Shown here piece by piece: positions 1 to 10,600 of a stretch of 64,000 nt of DNA. The DNA lies in assembly GCA_964410395.1 (NCBI GenBank), contig CAYPGS010000003.1, positions 7,112 to 71,111 of the forward strand, in the 5' to 3' direction. Numbering within the stretch: position 1 is the stretch's first letter; the number at the start of each line of letters is the position of its first letter. The notes beneath the pieces are model-generated. The model was given only the letters and a program-made list of their open reading frames with translations. It was not told the DNA's origin and did not search any database. This stretch comes from an uncultured bacterium (GTDB lineage Bacteria; Krumholzibacteriota; Krumholzibacteriia; JACNKJ01). The translations under genes were made by a program, and so were the position numbers.

Positions 1-636
1 GTAGCTCGCGATTGATGGCCGCGCAGTTGATGGCCACGAAGGGCTTGCCCGCCCGCGGTCCGCTCTTGTGGATGCTCCGCGCCACGACCTCCTTGCCCGT
101 GCCCGTCTCGCCGAGGATGAGGGCTGTTTTGCCGGTGCCTCCGAGTTTCCCGCACTGCTTCCGAAGTTGATCCATGGCCTTGCTCTTGCCCACGATTTCC
201 TCGGTGGACGATGGCGTCAGCGCTGCCTCCAGGCTGCGGTTGCGCGCCGCAAGGCGATGACGGTCGAGGGCCTGCTCCACGGCCAGCAGCAGTTTGGGGC
301 CCATGCCGCCGCTGGTGGGCTTCTCGATGTAGTGGGCCGCGCCCAGGCGCATGGCCTCCACCGCGGTTTCCACGTCGCCGAAGGCGGTGATCATCACGCG
401 GGTGACGGGGATGTCCTCCTCGGCGACCTTGGCGAGCAGCTGCATGCCGTCCATGCGCGGCATGTTCTTGTCGGTGACGAGCAGGTCGAAGGGTTCGGAG
501 CGCAGTAGCTCGAGGGCCTCGTGCCCATCGGCCGCGGTCTTCACCGGATACCCCTCATCCTCGAGCAGTTCGGAGAGGTACTCGCGGTTCAGCTCCTCGT
601 CGTCCACAAGAAGAATGCGCGCCTTGGACTCGCTCA
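1..636 (-). CDS. Sigma-54-dependent response regulator (NtrC family), N-terminal ~212 aa; C-terminus lies beyond the window edge
   Basis: Reverse-complement translation from ATG at 634-636 gives [45 protein letters not shown]...[12 protein letters not shown] (receiver domain with phospho-acceptor Asp), then [13 protein letters not shown]...[17 protein letters not shown] (sigma-54 activator AAA+ Walker A). The start lies 3 nt downstream of the histidine kinase stop, so the two genes form an operon. Confidence 0.85.
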
Positions 637-638
637 TT

Positions 639-2216
639 TTAACTCCTCGGTTTTCGATCGTGTAGGGGCAGTCCCACCACGAAGCGGGCCCCGCCGCCCT
701 CGCGGTTCTCCGCACGGATGGCTCCCCGGTGTTCCTCGGTCAGCTGCCGGCAGATGGCGAGGCCCAGCCCGCTTCCGCCGCTGCCGCGCTTGGTGGTGAA
801 GAAATCTTCGAAGATGCGCGACAGGATCTCGGCGGGGATCCCGGGACCCTCATCTTCGACGCAGACCTCCACCCAGTTGTCCTCCTCCTCGCCGAGTCGC
901 GCGAGGGTGCTCAGGCCCAGGCGCACCCTGCCGCCGCCGTCCATGGCCTGGGCCGCGTTCACGAGCAGGTTGGCGAATAGCTGCTGCAGGCCGTCGGCCC
1001 GCCCGAGCACGGTGAGACCCTTGGGATAATCACGTTCCAGTTCGATGCCGCGCTCGCGATAGAGGTCGGCGGCGTCCACCGCGGCGGCGGTGAGCGCGCG
1101 GGACAGATCCACCGGTTCCCGCGGCCCTTCGCTGGGACTCGCGAAGGCCAGCAGGGTCTTCATGTTGGCCTCGGCCCGGTCCACGCCGGCCAGGATGCGG
1201 TCGAGCCGGCTCGCGATCTCTTCGCTCGGAAGGCCTTCGCCCTCCATCTTTCCGCGCAGATTCTCGGCCGTACCGCGAATGTTGTAGAGGGGGTTCTTGA
1301 GCTCGTGGGTGATGCGTCCCAGCAGCGTTCCGAGCAGGGCCAGTTTCTCGCTGCGCGCCCGCTGCGCCATGAGCCGCTCCTTCTCGATCACCCGCGCCGC
1401 CTGCGCGGCCACGGTCTCGAGCAGGGTGCGGTCCTCCTCGGAAAAGGGACGACCTCCGCCGTGGGTGCGGTCCACGTAGAATGCGCCCACGGAATCCTCG
1501 CCGAGAATCAGGGGACAGCAGATCACCGTCTGGATGGACTCCGCGCGAATGGACTCCGCGCCCTGGTAGACCGGATCGTCGGCTGCGAACTTCAGGAAGA
1601 CGGTGCGACCTCCCGAAAGGGCATCGCGCAGCACGGTCTGGCTGGCGCGGCCGATGGCGTCCTCGGCGAAGTCCTCCTCGCCTTCCCGGCTCCAGACGGC
1701 CAGCGACTCGGGCATCCAGCGGCCCGTATCGGAATCGGTGAGCAGGATGAATCCCCGGTCGGCTTCCACGGCCCGGCCCGCGATGGCGATGACCCTCTCG
1801 AGAAGTTCGGCCAGGGAACGGTCGCCGCCCAGGGTCTCGAGTACCTGCAGAAGCACCTCGTATCGGCGATCATCGGTGGCGGCGTCGCTGGTTTCGGGCA
1901 TGTCCTCGTCGGCGAGTTCGAGTCGCACCCTGCCCAGTCGCAGCTGGGATCCCGCGGCGAGCCTTGCCGGCTCGGAAATCGCCTCGCCGTCGAGCTCGCT
2001 GCCATAGCTGCTGCCGATATCTTCATAGGACCAGGCGCCGCCGTCCCATCGCAGAATGCCGTGAAGCCGGCTCACGCTCTTGTCCTCCAGGCGGATGTCC
2101 GAGCCTTCGGACCGGCCCAGGCGGAGTTCCAGGTCCCTGGCGGGCGCGTAGGGACCGAACTGCCGAAGCAGCCGGCCGTCCTCGCCGATCCAGCGGATGT
2201 AGAGTGTTTCGCTCAT
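639..2216 (-). CDS. Cytoplasmic sensor histidine kinase with N-terminal FHA domain and central GAF domain
   Basis: The N-terminus [42 protein letters not shown] is an FHA signature (GR..xSxxH...NGT/S-like). A GAF-like core follows. The H-box [14 protein letters not shown] is present, as are HATPase N/G boxes ([29 protein letters not shown]). No transmembrane segment is seen. Confidence 0.85.
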   Translation of the reverse strand: MSETLYIRWIGEDGRLLRQFGPYAPARDLELRLGRSEGSDIRLEDKSVSRLHGILRWDGGAWSYEDIGSSYGSELDGEAISEPARLAAGSQLRLGRVRLELADEDMPETSDAATDDRRYEVLLQVLETLGGDRSLAELLERVIAIAGRAVEADRGFILLTDSDTGRWMPESLAVWSREGEEDFAEDAIGRASQTVLRDALSGGRTVFLKFAADDPVYQGAESIRAESIQTVICCPLILGEDSVGAFYVDRTHGGGRPFSEEDRTLLETVAAQAARVIEKERLMAQRARSEKLALLGTLLGRITHELKNPLYNIRGTAENLRGKMEGEGLPSEEIASRLDRILAGVDRAEANMKTLLAFASPSEGPREPVDLSRALTAAAVDAADLYRERGIELERDYPKGLTVLGRADGLQQLFANLLVNAAQAMDGGGRVRLGLSTLARLGEEEDNWVEVCVEDEGPGIPAEILSRIFEDFFTTKRGSGGSGLGLAICRQLTEEHRGAIRAENREGGGARFVVGLPLHDRKPRS

Positions 2217-2301
2217 GGGCGCAGTCTATCGGGGCCCTCGGGGCCGGCGCAATGGGCAAATCCGCCTTGAGCCACCGGCGGGCTGGTCCTATGCTGGCGC
2301 C

Positions 2302-5300
2302 ATGCACGAGAAACTCGGACCCTACCGCCTGATTCGGCTGCTCGGGGAGGGCGGCATGGGACAGGTCTACGAGGCCGCGGCTCCGGGAGGGGAGCACGTG
2401 GCGGTGAAGGTCCTGCGGGGCGGAGCCTCGGCCGGAGAGCGCGAGCGTGAGCTCTTCTTCCGCGAGGCCCGTGCCGGGCTCGAGTTCGAGCACCCGGGCA
2501 TCGTGCGCGTGCTGGAGTTGGGAGAGCACGAGGGGCGCATTCCCTATCTCGTCATGGAGCTCCTGCCGGGACCCACGCTCAAGGAACTGGCCGGATCGGG
2601 GCCCCTGGACCTCGGCACCGTGGCCGGACTGGCCCTTCCCGTACTCGACGCGCTCAGCTTCCTCCACAAGAACGGCGTGCTGCATCGCGACGTGAAGACG
2701 GGCAACATCATGCTCGATGGCATGGGTCGCCCCAAGCTCATGGATTTCGGCCTCACCCGCTTCAGCGACGAGACCAGCCTCACCCAGACCGGGCTAATCT
2801 TCGGCTCGCCCCATTACATGTCGCCCGAGCAGGGCATGGGCGAGGAGCTCGACACCCGCAGCGACCTCTTCTCCATGGGCGTGGTCATCTACGAACTGCT
2901 GGCCGGGCGTCTGCCCTTCCGCGGCGATCATCCCATCGGCGTGGTCTACGCCATCATCAACGAGGAGCCGCCGCCGCTTAGGCGTTTCCGGCCCGAATTG
3001 CCCGAGGCTCTCGACTGGATCCTCTCCCGCGCCCTGGCCAAGGACAAGAACCGTCGCTATGGCCTGGCCTCGGACATGGCCGAGGACATCGCCTCCCTGC
3101 TCGCCCACAACGCCGACGCCACCGTGGAGCTGCAGCTCCACGCCGGACCGCAGGTGCGCGATCTGCGCGGCGGTCTGCCCCTGTCGGGGCGCGGCGAGGA
3201 ACTGTCCCTGCTCAAGACCTGGATGAACCGCCCGGGCGCAGGCTTTCTCTTCCTGGCGGGCGAGGCGGGCATCGGAAAGACGCGGCTCGCCCGCGAGGCA
3301 CATCGCGCCCTGGGCGCATCGGCGCCGCTTCTTCTCGTCGGCCGCACCCAGCCCGGCCGCGAGGCCTTTCCCTATCAGCCGTGGATGGAGGCCCTGCGCC
3401 CCGTGCTCCGCGAGCAGGAGATCTGGGACCGCGCCGATCTGGCCATCTTCCTCGGCGCGGAGGACGCGGCCTCGGGCGGCGCAGCGGCCATCCTGCACGC
3501 CTTCTTCTCGGGGCAGCAGGCCGAGGCGCCCAGTCGTGAACAGCTCTTCGAGGCCCTGCGACGCTTCCTCTCGGCCCTTGCCTCCCGGGAGCCCATGCTC
3601 CTCTGGTTAGAGGACTTCCACCGGGCCGACCACGCCAGCCTCGATCTGCTCTCCTTCCTGGCGCGGGGACCCGAAGGCGAACTGCCCGCCCTGCTGGTGA
3701 GCTATCGCGAGGAAGAGGTGACCGAGGACTCGCCCCTGGTCGAGCTGCGCGCCCAACTCGAAGGCGAGGGCCGAGGCGAGAGCCTGAAGCTGGCGAGATT
3801 GTCCGAAGAGAACGTGGCCGATCTCGTGGACGCGGGGCTTCCCGATCTCACGGGTCGCGAGGGCGTGGCGGCGCGACTCTTCCGGGAGAGCCGCGGCAAC
3901 CCGTTCATATTGAGCGAGCTCTTGGAGAACCTGCGCAATCGTCCCGAACTGCTCGTGGGCGAGAGCGACCCCGAAAACTGGGACCTGCCCCTGCCCGAAC
4001 GTCTTCAGGATCTCGTGGCGCTCAGGCTCAGCGCCCTGGACGAGGAGGAACGCGAACTGCTCGACCTCGCCGCGGTGGAGGGCGAGGCCTTCACCGCCGA
4101 GGTGCTGGCGGCGGTGCTCGGCGACCGCAAGCTGCGCGTGCTGAGGCGCCTGCAGGTGCTGCAGCGCAAGACACGGCTCATCCAGGCGGCCGAGCGGCGC
4201 TTCCTCTTCGACCATGCTCTGGTTCACCGGGTGCTCTACGAATCGCTGGGGGACGAGCTGCGCGAGGAGTATCACCTCATGGTGGCCGAGCATCTCGCGG
4301 ACACCACGGGCGGGCAGCCCGACATGGCCGCGGCCGTGGCGCGCCACTTCACCGGCGCCGGCAAGACCCGTCGCGCGCTTCCCTTCCTGCTCGAGGCCGG
4401 GCGTCATGCGCGGCGGCTCTATGCCCATCACGAAGCCCATCGTCACCTGGAGGCCGCCCGCGAGGAGGCCGATCTCTGGTGGCTGGAGGATCCGGTGAGC
4501 GAGGCCGCGAAGCTGCGGCGGGACATCCTGCGCGAACTCGGCGAGCTGGCCGCCACCGAGGGCGACTACGATCACAGCCAGAAGCTGCTCTCGGGCGCGC
4601 GGGAGCTTCTGACGCCGGGCATCGATGATGCCGAGCGGGCCGAACTCTGTCGCCTGCGCGGCGAGTCGCTCTACTTCTCGGGACGCAACGAGGAGGCCGC
4701 CGCCGAGTTCGAGGTGGCTTTGGCCACGGCGGCCGAAGGCGACCGGCGACAGCGAGCGCTTATCCTTCGCAGTCGCGCACGACTGGAGTCCCGCGAGAAT
4801 CGCTGGGACGATGCCCTGCGTAGCTGCGAGGAGGCGAGGTTGCTGGCGGACGCCCATCCCGGGGAGGCCCTGGCCATCCGGCACACCATGGGGCTCATCC
4901 AGCTGCGCCGCGGCGAACTCGCCGCCGCTCGCGAGATTTTCGAGGAGGTGAACGACGAGGCGCCGCGTCTGGAAGACGACTCCCTCAACGCCGCGTCCCT
5001 CGCCAATCTCGGCATCGTGCTCTGGCGCATGGGCGATCACGAGGAGGCCCTGGAGAGTCTGGAGCAGGCCCTGATCCTTCGACGGAAGACGGGCTATCTC
5101 ACGGAGATCGCGAAGGTGCTCACGAATCTGTCCATCGCCCGCACCCAGCGCGGCGAGCTCGACGAGGCTCGCGAACTGCTGACCGAAGCCCAGGGCATGA
5201 AGCGGCGCATCGGAGAGGCCGAGGGACTGGCCCACGGCGAGAACTCCCTGGGCAACCTCGAGAATCGGGCCGGACGCCTGCCCGCCGCCCTCGAGCACTA

Positions 5301-5943
5301 CCGCCGGGCGGCGGATCTGCATTTCGAGGCAGGCAATCGTGCCGGCGCAGCGGTGGCCCTTCACAACATGGGCGAGGTGTTGCTCGACATGAATCGCCTC
5401 GAGGAAGCCGAGGAACCTCTGTCGCGATCGCATGCCTTGCGCGCGGAACTGGATCTGCGCGAGGGACAGGTGTCCAGCCTGCGGGCTCAGGCGAGGCGAG
5501 CTTCCATGCTCGGTGAAGCCGATGACGCTCGGGAACTATTCGAGCAGGCGCGGGGCCGCGGGGATGCCGGCAGGGGCGAAGCGCTGAAGGTCGAACTCAA
5601 CCGGCTTCAGTTCCTGCTGGCCGCATCCGAACTCGATAGGGCCCGAACCGATTTCGACGCCCTGGCCTCGGACGAGCGCTGGCCGCCGGAGAGCCTGTCC
5701 TTCGAATTCAGGATGCTCGAGGCGGCACTGCTTTCGGCCGAGGGCGATGGGGAGGGCGCGCGTCGGATCTTCGTCGTCCTGCTTGAAGAGTGTGGTCCCG
5801 AGCACGAGCCCTACCTTCGGGCCAGAGCCCTGCGCGAGATCCTGAGATGTGAACTCTGCTCCAACCAAGAGGAGTCATCGGCTCTCGCGGACGAGTTCGA
5901 AGCTCTCTGCAGCCTCCATTCCTACAGATGGCTCACCCTGTAA
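2302..5943 (+). CDS. Hanks-type Ser/Thr protein kinase fused to a STAND/AAA ATPase and a C-terminal TPR array
   Basis: The kinase motifs are LGEGGMGQVYEA (glycine loop), VAVKVL, HRDVKTGNIML, DFGLT and GSPHYMSPEQ. A Walker A motif FLFLAGEAGIGKTRLAREA follows, then about 600 aa of TPR-like repeats. The ORF track begins at 2215, but the in-frame ATG at 2302 (MHEKLGPYRL) is the likely start. Confidence 0.85.
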   Translation: MHEKLGPYRLIRLLGEGGMGQVYEAAAPGGEHVAVKVLRGGASAGERERELFFREARAGLEFEHPGIVRVLELGEHEGRIPYLVMELLPGPTLKELAGSGPLDLGTVAGLALPVLDALSFLHKNGVLHRDVKTGNIMLDGMGRPKLMDFGLTRFSDETSLTQTGLIFGSPHYMSPEQGMGEELDTRSDLFSMGVVIYELLAGRLPFRGDHPIGVVYAIINEEPPPLRRFRPELPEALDWILSRALAKDKNRRYGLASDMAEDIASLLAHNADATVELQLHAGPQVRDLRGGLPLSGRGEELSLLKTWMNRPGAGFLFLAGEAGIGKTRLAREAHRALGASAPLLLVGRTQPGREAFPYQPWMEALRPVLREQEIWDRADLAIFLGAEDAASGGAAAILHAFFSGQQAEAPSREQLFEALRRFLSALASREPMLLWLEDFHRADHASLDLLSFLARGPEGELPALLVSYREEEVTEDSPLVELRAQLEGEGRGESLKLARLSEENVADLVDAGLPDLTGREGVAARLFRESRGNPFILSELLENLRNRPELLVGESDPENWDLPLPERLQDLVALRLSALDEEERELLDLAAVEGEAFTAEVLAAVLGDRKLRVLRRLQVLQRKTRLIQAAERRFLFDHALVHRVLYESLGDELREEYHLMVAEHLADTTGGQPDMAAAVARHFTGAGKTRRALPFLLEAGRHARRLYAHHEAHRHLEAAREEADLWWLEDPVSEAAKLRRDILRELGELAATEGDYDHSQKLLSGARELLTPGIDDAERAELCRLRGESLYFSGRNEEAAAEFEVALATAAEGDRRQRALILRSRARLESRENRWDDALRSCEEARLLADAHPGEALAIRHTMGLIQLRRGELAAAREIFEEVNDEAPRLEDDSLNAASLANLGIVLWRMGDHEEALESLEQALILRRKTGYLTEIAKVLTNLSIARTQRGELDEARELLTEAQGMKRRIGEAEGLAHGENSLGNLENRAGRLPAALEHYRRAADLHFEAGNRAGAAVALHNMGEVLLDMNRLEEAEEPLSRSHALRAELDLREGQVSSLRAQARRASMLGEADDARELFEQARGRGDAGRGEALKVELNRLQFLLAASELDRARTDFDALASDERWPPESLSFEFRMLEAALLSAEGDGEGARRIFVVLLEECGPEHEPYLRARALREILRCELCSNQEESSALADEFEALCSLHSYRWLTL

Positions 5944-5987
5944 TCTGTTGAAATAATTCGAGTTGCCACTCCGTGACCCTCTGAGCC

Positions 5988-6029
5988 TTGACAATTAGTT
6001 GCGATTGAAATAGTTTCTATTGAAATAGT
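5988..6029 (+). promoter_or_regulatory. Sigma-70-like promoter (TTGACA-17-TAGTTT) with two 11-bp direct repeats ATTGAAATAGT; candidate MarR autoregulatory operator
   Basis: A perfect -35 TTGACA sits at 5988-5993, followed by a 17-nt spacer and TAGTTT at 6011-6016. Direct repeats ATTGAAATAGT lie at 6004-6014 and 6019-6029, overlapping the -10, in an AT-rich intergenic region upstream of marR. Confidence 0.5.
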
Positions 6030-6059
6030 ATTGATTCCAACAAAAAGGATCCGCTCGTC

Positions 6060-6518
6060 ATGGAATTTCGGACTTGGCCACCTCCACTCGAGGAAAATCC
6101 CTTCCACATCATGTCCAACCTGAAGAGCCGGATCATTCAGGTTGTCAAAGAACCCTTCGAACGGGCGCAGCTGGAGCTAAGCATGGAGGGCTTCGTCATC
6201 CTCATGCATCTTCACCTGAGTCAAGGCATGCGACAGAAGCAACTGGCCGAGTCCATCGGACGCGATAAGCCCTCGGTAACTCGCGCCCTGGATGTGCTGG
6301 AAAATCGCGGCCTTCTGAAACGCACCGTGGATTCCGAAGACCGACGCAGTCATCTGGTTCAAATCACCGAAAAGGGCATTCAGTATCTGAATCGGTCCAA
6401 GCCCATCATCCACGGAGTGTTTACTCAAATCTTCGAGCCAATATCCGAATCGGACTACCAAGTATTCCTCTCCGTGCTCCAGACCCTGAGCCTTCAACTC
6501 GACACATTCGCTGACTAA
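6060..6518 (+). CDS. MarR-family winged-helix transcriptional regulator
   Basis: The wHTH core MHLHLSQGMRQKQLAESIGRDKPSVTRALDVLENRGLLKRTVDSEDRRSHLVQITEKG matches MarR. It lies immediately upstream of the RND efflux operon. An alternative start is the ATG at 6111. Confidence 0.8.
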   Translation: MEFRTWPPPLEENPFHIMSNLKSRIIQVVKEPFERAQLELSMEGFVILMHLHLSQGMRQKQLAESIGRDKPSVTRALDVLENRGLLKRTVDSEDRRSHLVQITEKGIQYLNRSKPIIHGVFTQIFEPISESDYQVFLSVLQTLSLQLDTFAD

Positions 6519-6536
6519 ACCTACGAGGATGTTCCC

Positions 6537-7667
6537 ATGCGCAAGTTCATGACCTTCGCCGTTCCCGCCATCATCCTGATCGTCGCCCTGGCCGTGACGA
6601 TGATCATGGTCACGCGAAAGGAAGATCCGAAGCGACGTCCCTCGAAGAATCGAAGTATCGTCGTAAAGGTCGCCGTAGCGGAACCAAAGACACTGCGTGG
6701 CGAGATTCGCGCTTTCGGCACTCTCGAGAGTGCGCGGGAGTACGATCTTGTCGCGGAGCTGGGAGGCATCCTGGAGGAGGGTGATGTGCCCTTCTTGCCC
6801 GGTCAAAGCTTCGAGATGGGACAGGTTCTGATTCGTGTGGACGAGCGTCCAGTCCAGTACCGCATCGCTCAACTCAAGAGCGCATTCCTAGGCTCCCTGG
6901 CCCGGCTGCTTCCCGAACTGGAACTGGATTTCCCCCATGCCGCGGAGCCTTGGCGCGAGTACTTCGCCGAATTCAAGATCGAAGGGCCGCTGGAGGATCT
7001 GCCTCCGACGGAAGATGAGAAGATCAAGCTGTACCTGGCTCGCCACAATATCTACCAGGGATTCTATGACATTCGAGCCCAGGAGCTCTTGCTGAGCAAG
7101 GCGGTTCTCCGTGCCCCCTTCGATGGCGTGATCGCCGATACCCAATCGCGCACGGGTGCCTCGGTGATGACGGGAGGTCGCCTGGGGCGCATCCTCAGTA
7201 TGGATGACCTCGAACTCGCGGTGGACTTGCCGGCGGCCGAGGCGGCCTGGCTCGATGCCGAGGCCATGGTCGAAATCTCCTCCCCGGGGGGCAGCTGGAC
7301 AGGAAGAATACTGCGCATCGGATCCCTGATCGATCAGTCGACACAAACCTTGCCTGTATTCATAGGGATCGAGGGTGGCGACCTGCCTCCAGCGGGAAGC
7401 TTCCTTGAGGCGCGCTTCCGCACTCGCAGGCTGAAAGATTCGATTCGGGTGCCACGCACGGCACTGCACGGGGACCGGGGGATTTATAGCCTGAAAGACG
7501 GTCGCCTGCAGTTGCACGAGATGACAGTCGCCAGGCTCGAAGAAGATTCCGCCATACTGTCTTCAGGGTTCTCGGCGGGTGACTCCATCGTAGTGGAAGC
7601 CCTCGAGGGCGTCGTGCCGGGCATGGCCGCCCGCGCGCGAGCCTTCAAGCAGGGGGGTGCCCGCTAA
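6537..7667 (+). CDS. RND efflux membrane fusion protein (periplasmic adaptor, HlyD/AcrA family)
   Basis: It has an N-terminal membrane anchor and a coiled-coil/lipoyl/beta-barrel layout typical of AcrA-like adaptors. Its stop overlaps the start of the RND pump gene, and a GAGGA RBS precedes the ATG. Confidence 0.85.
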   Translation: MRKFMTFAVPAIILIVALAVTMIMVTRKEDPKRRPSKNRSIVVKVAVAEPKTLRGEIRAFGTLESAREYDLVAELGGILEEGDVPFLPGQSFEMGQVLIRVDERPVQYRIAQLKSAFLGSLARLLPELELDFPHAAEPWREYFAEFKIEGPLEDLPPTEDEKIKLYLARHNIYQGFYDIRAQELLLSKAVLRAPFDGVIADTQSRTGASVMTGGRLGRILSMDDLELAVDLPAAEAAWLDAEAMVEISSPGGSWTGRILRIGSLIDQSTQTLPVFIGIEGGDLPPAGSFLEARFRTRRLKDSIRVPRTALHGDRGIYSLKDGRLQLHEMTVARLEEDSAILSSGFSAGDSIVVEALEGVVPGMAARARAFKQGGAR

Positions 7668-10600
7668 TGCGGAGAGTCGTCGCATTCTTCGTGCGCACAC
7701 CCATCTGGGTGAACGTGCTCATGTTCAGCATCCTCATTTTCGGGGCCCTGACCTTTTCCACCATGCGCTTCTCCTTTTTTCCGGAGGTGGAGCCCAACAC
7801 GATTCAGATCGAGGTGGCTTTCCCGGGTGCCAGTCCCAGCGAGGTGGCCGAAGGGGTCATACTCAAGATCGAGGAACAGCTGGATGGACTAGAGGGTGTT
7901 GAAAGAGTCACCTCGGTCGCCAGGGAGAGCTTCGGTGTGGTCAGCGTCGAAACCATCCAGGGCTCCGATCTGGAAAGGGTGACCACGGACGTCAAGAACG
8001 CCGTGGACCGGATCAACTCCTTCCCGATGGACGCGGAGAAGCCCGTGATCTATCAGGCGAAATTCATGGAGCGGGCCCTGTCCATCGTGATCTCCGGCGA
8101 GACCGACCTCTACAACCTGAAGGAGATCGCCGAGGATTTCCGGGACGAACTTCTGGCCACGCCTGAGATTTCGCTGGTGCGGATATCGGGCTTGCCCGCG
8201 CTCGAGTTCTCCATCGAGGTGTCCGAGGAAGCCCTCCGCCGGCATGACCTCAGCTTCGACCAGGTCTCGGCCGCGGTGGCCCGCCACAACCTGAATATCT
8301 CGGGCGGGAAGTTCGATACGAGGGAAGAGGAAATCCTCATCCGTGCATGGGGGTGCGAGTATCACGCCTCCGAGTTGGGCGACATTCCCATCCGCGCCAA
8401 TCCCGGCGGCACGCCGCTTCGACTCGACGACATCGCCAGCATCCGCGAACAGTGGGCCGACGTGCCCGATCGTGTCTGGTTCAACGGTCGGACGGCAGTG
8501 GTGTTGACCGTGGATCAGGCCGCCGAGGAGGACATCCTTCTCGTCGCAGAGAAGGCGCGCCAACTTGCCGCTGATTTCGACCAGAGGGAAGAGGGCCTCA
8601 GCGCCACCGTGCGCGACGATCGCACCGTGCCCCTGCGGCAACGCATCGACCTGCTGGCCCGCAACGGAGGATTCGGTCTGATCCTCGTGCTGATCACCCT
8701 GGGGCTTTTCCTGAAACTGCGAGTGGCGTTCTGGGCGGCCCTCGGCATTCCCATCAGCTTCGCGGGAATGTTCATCATCCTCAATCTCTGGGGTATCACG
8801 ATCAACGTGATCTCGCTCTTCGGCATGATCATCGTGGTGGGTATTCTGGTGGATGACGCCATCGTGGTGGCCGAGAACATATTCGCCCAGGCCGAGCGGG
8901 GTGTGCCGCCGCTCAAGGCCGCGGTGAACGGCACCATGGAAGTGCTCGCTCCCGTGGCCACGTCGGTGACGACCACCATTTTGGCCTTCACGCCACTCTT
9001 CTTCCTCGTCGGTTTTCTCGGGCAGATGATCTGGCAGGTGGCCGCGGTGGTCATCTTCGCGCTGGTCTTCAGTCTGGTGGAGGCCTTCTTCATTCTTCCC
9101 ATGCACCTCGGGCACTCGAAGGCCCTGAGCCCCGAAAGCGAGAGCGGTCGAATTCGCAAGAAGCTCGAGGCCGCCATCGCCTACCTAACTCATCGCATCT
9201 ACGGCCCGACCCTGCGCTTGGCATTGCGAAACAAGTGGGTCACGCTCACCATTCCGATCTCGGCCGTGCTCATCACCTTCGGCCTGCTCAAGAGCGGCAT
9301 CATCGGTTTCACCTACTTCCCATTCCTCGACAGCGATCGCATCTCCGTGGGGCTCAGCCTGACTGTGGGTAGCCAGGAAGAGAAGACCACCCGCTTCCTC
9401 GAGCGCGTTGAGGCGGCGGCCTGGGAGCTGAACGATGAACTCAAGGCCGAGCGGGCCGACGGGCTCGACGTGGTCACCGGCGTTCAGCGCGAGTTGGGCA
9501 GCGGTGCCGGCGAAAGCGGGAGCCACGCGGGCAGCGTGACCCTGCTCCTGCTGGACGGCGAGACACGGGACATGGAGCAGTACCTCATCGCCAATCGCCT
9601 GCGTGAGCTGGTGGGTCCGATGCCGGACGTCCGCAAGATCAGCTTCGGAGCTTCAGGGCGTTTCGGTACGCCGGTGTCCATAAGCCTTCTGGGTGATGAC
9701 GGGGAAGATCTGCGGCGCGCGAGGGATCTTCTGGTAGCCGAGCTTCAGGACTTCTCGAGCCTCAAGGACGTCACGGACAGTGAGGCCCTCGGCCGTCGTG
9801 AACTGGAGATCAAACTCAAGCCCAAGGCAGCTGCTCTGGGCCTGACCCTGCGTGATGTGGCCGGACAGGTTCGCCAGGGATTCTTCGGACAGGAGATCCA
9901 GCGAATCCAACGTGGTCGCGACGAGATACGCGTTTGGATACGCTACCGCCCCGAGGATCGCGGCTCCCTGGGCTACCTCGATGCCATGCGCATTCGAACT
10001 GCCGATGGCCGAGCCTATCCCTTCAGCGAACTGGCCGAGTACTCGATCAGCCGCGGTGTGAGCGTTATCAATCGACTCGACCGTATGCAGGAAATCCGCG
10101 TTGAGGCGGCACAGGCCGATGTGACCGACGACCTTCCTCCAATCCTTGCCGAAATCGAGAACGAGGTGCTGCCGCGAATTCGCGAGGAAGTGCCGGGCAT
10201 ATTCGTCAGCTTCGAAGGGCAGTCGAGGAGCCAATCCCAGGAAATGGGATCCATGGCCGTGGCCTTCCCGCTAGCTCTGCTGGGCATGTTCCTGCTGGTG
10301 GTGCTGGTCTTCCGATCCTATGTGCAAGCAGGTTTGATCTTTTCGCTCATTCCCCTGGGAATCCTCGGAGCGGTCTGGGGACACGGCATCCAGGGCATGC
10401 AGGTGAACATGCTGTCGCTCTACGGCGTCATCGCGCTGTCGGGGATCATCATCAACGACAGCATCGTCTTCGTGGATCAGATCAATCGATATCTGCGAGA
10501 TGGGCGGAAGCTCTTCGACGCCGTCTACGATGCCGGCATCGCCAGATTGAGGCCCATCCTGCTGACCACGATGACCACGGCCCTGGGTCTCGCACCGCTT

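Noticed and set aside
3607-5433. 608-aa minus-strand ORF inside the STAND Ser/Thr kinase gene
   Set aside because: It is antisense to a gene with clear kinase, Walker A and TPR motifs. It is a high-GC artefact.
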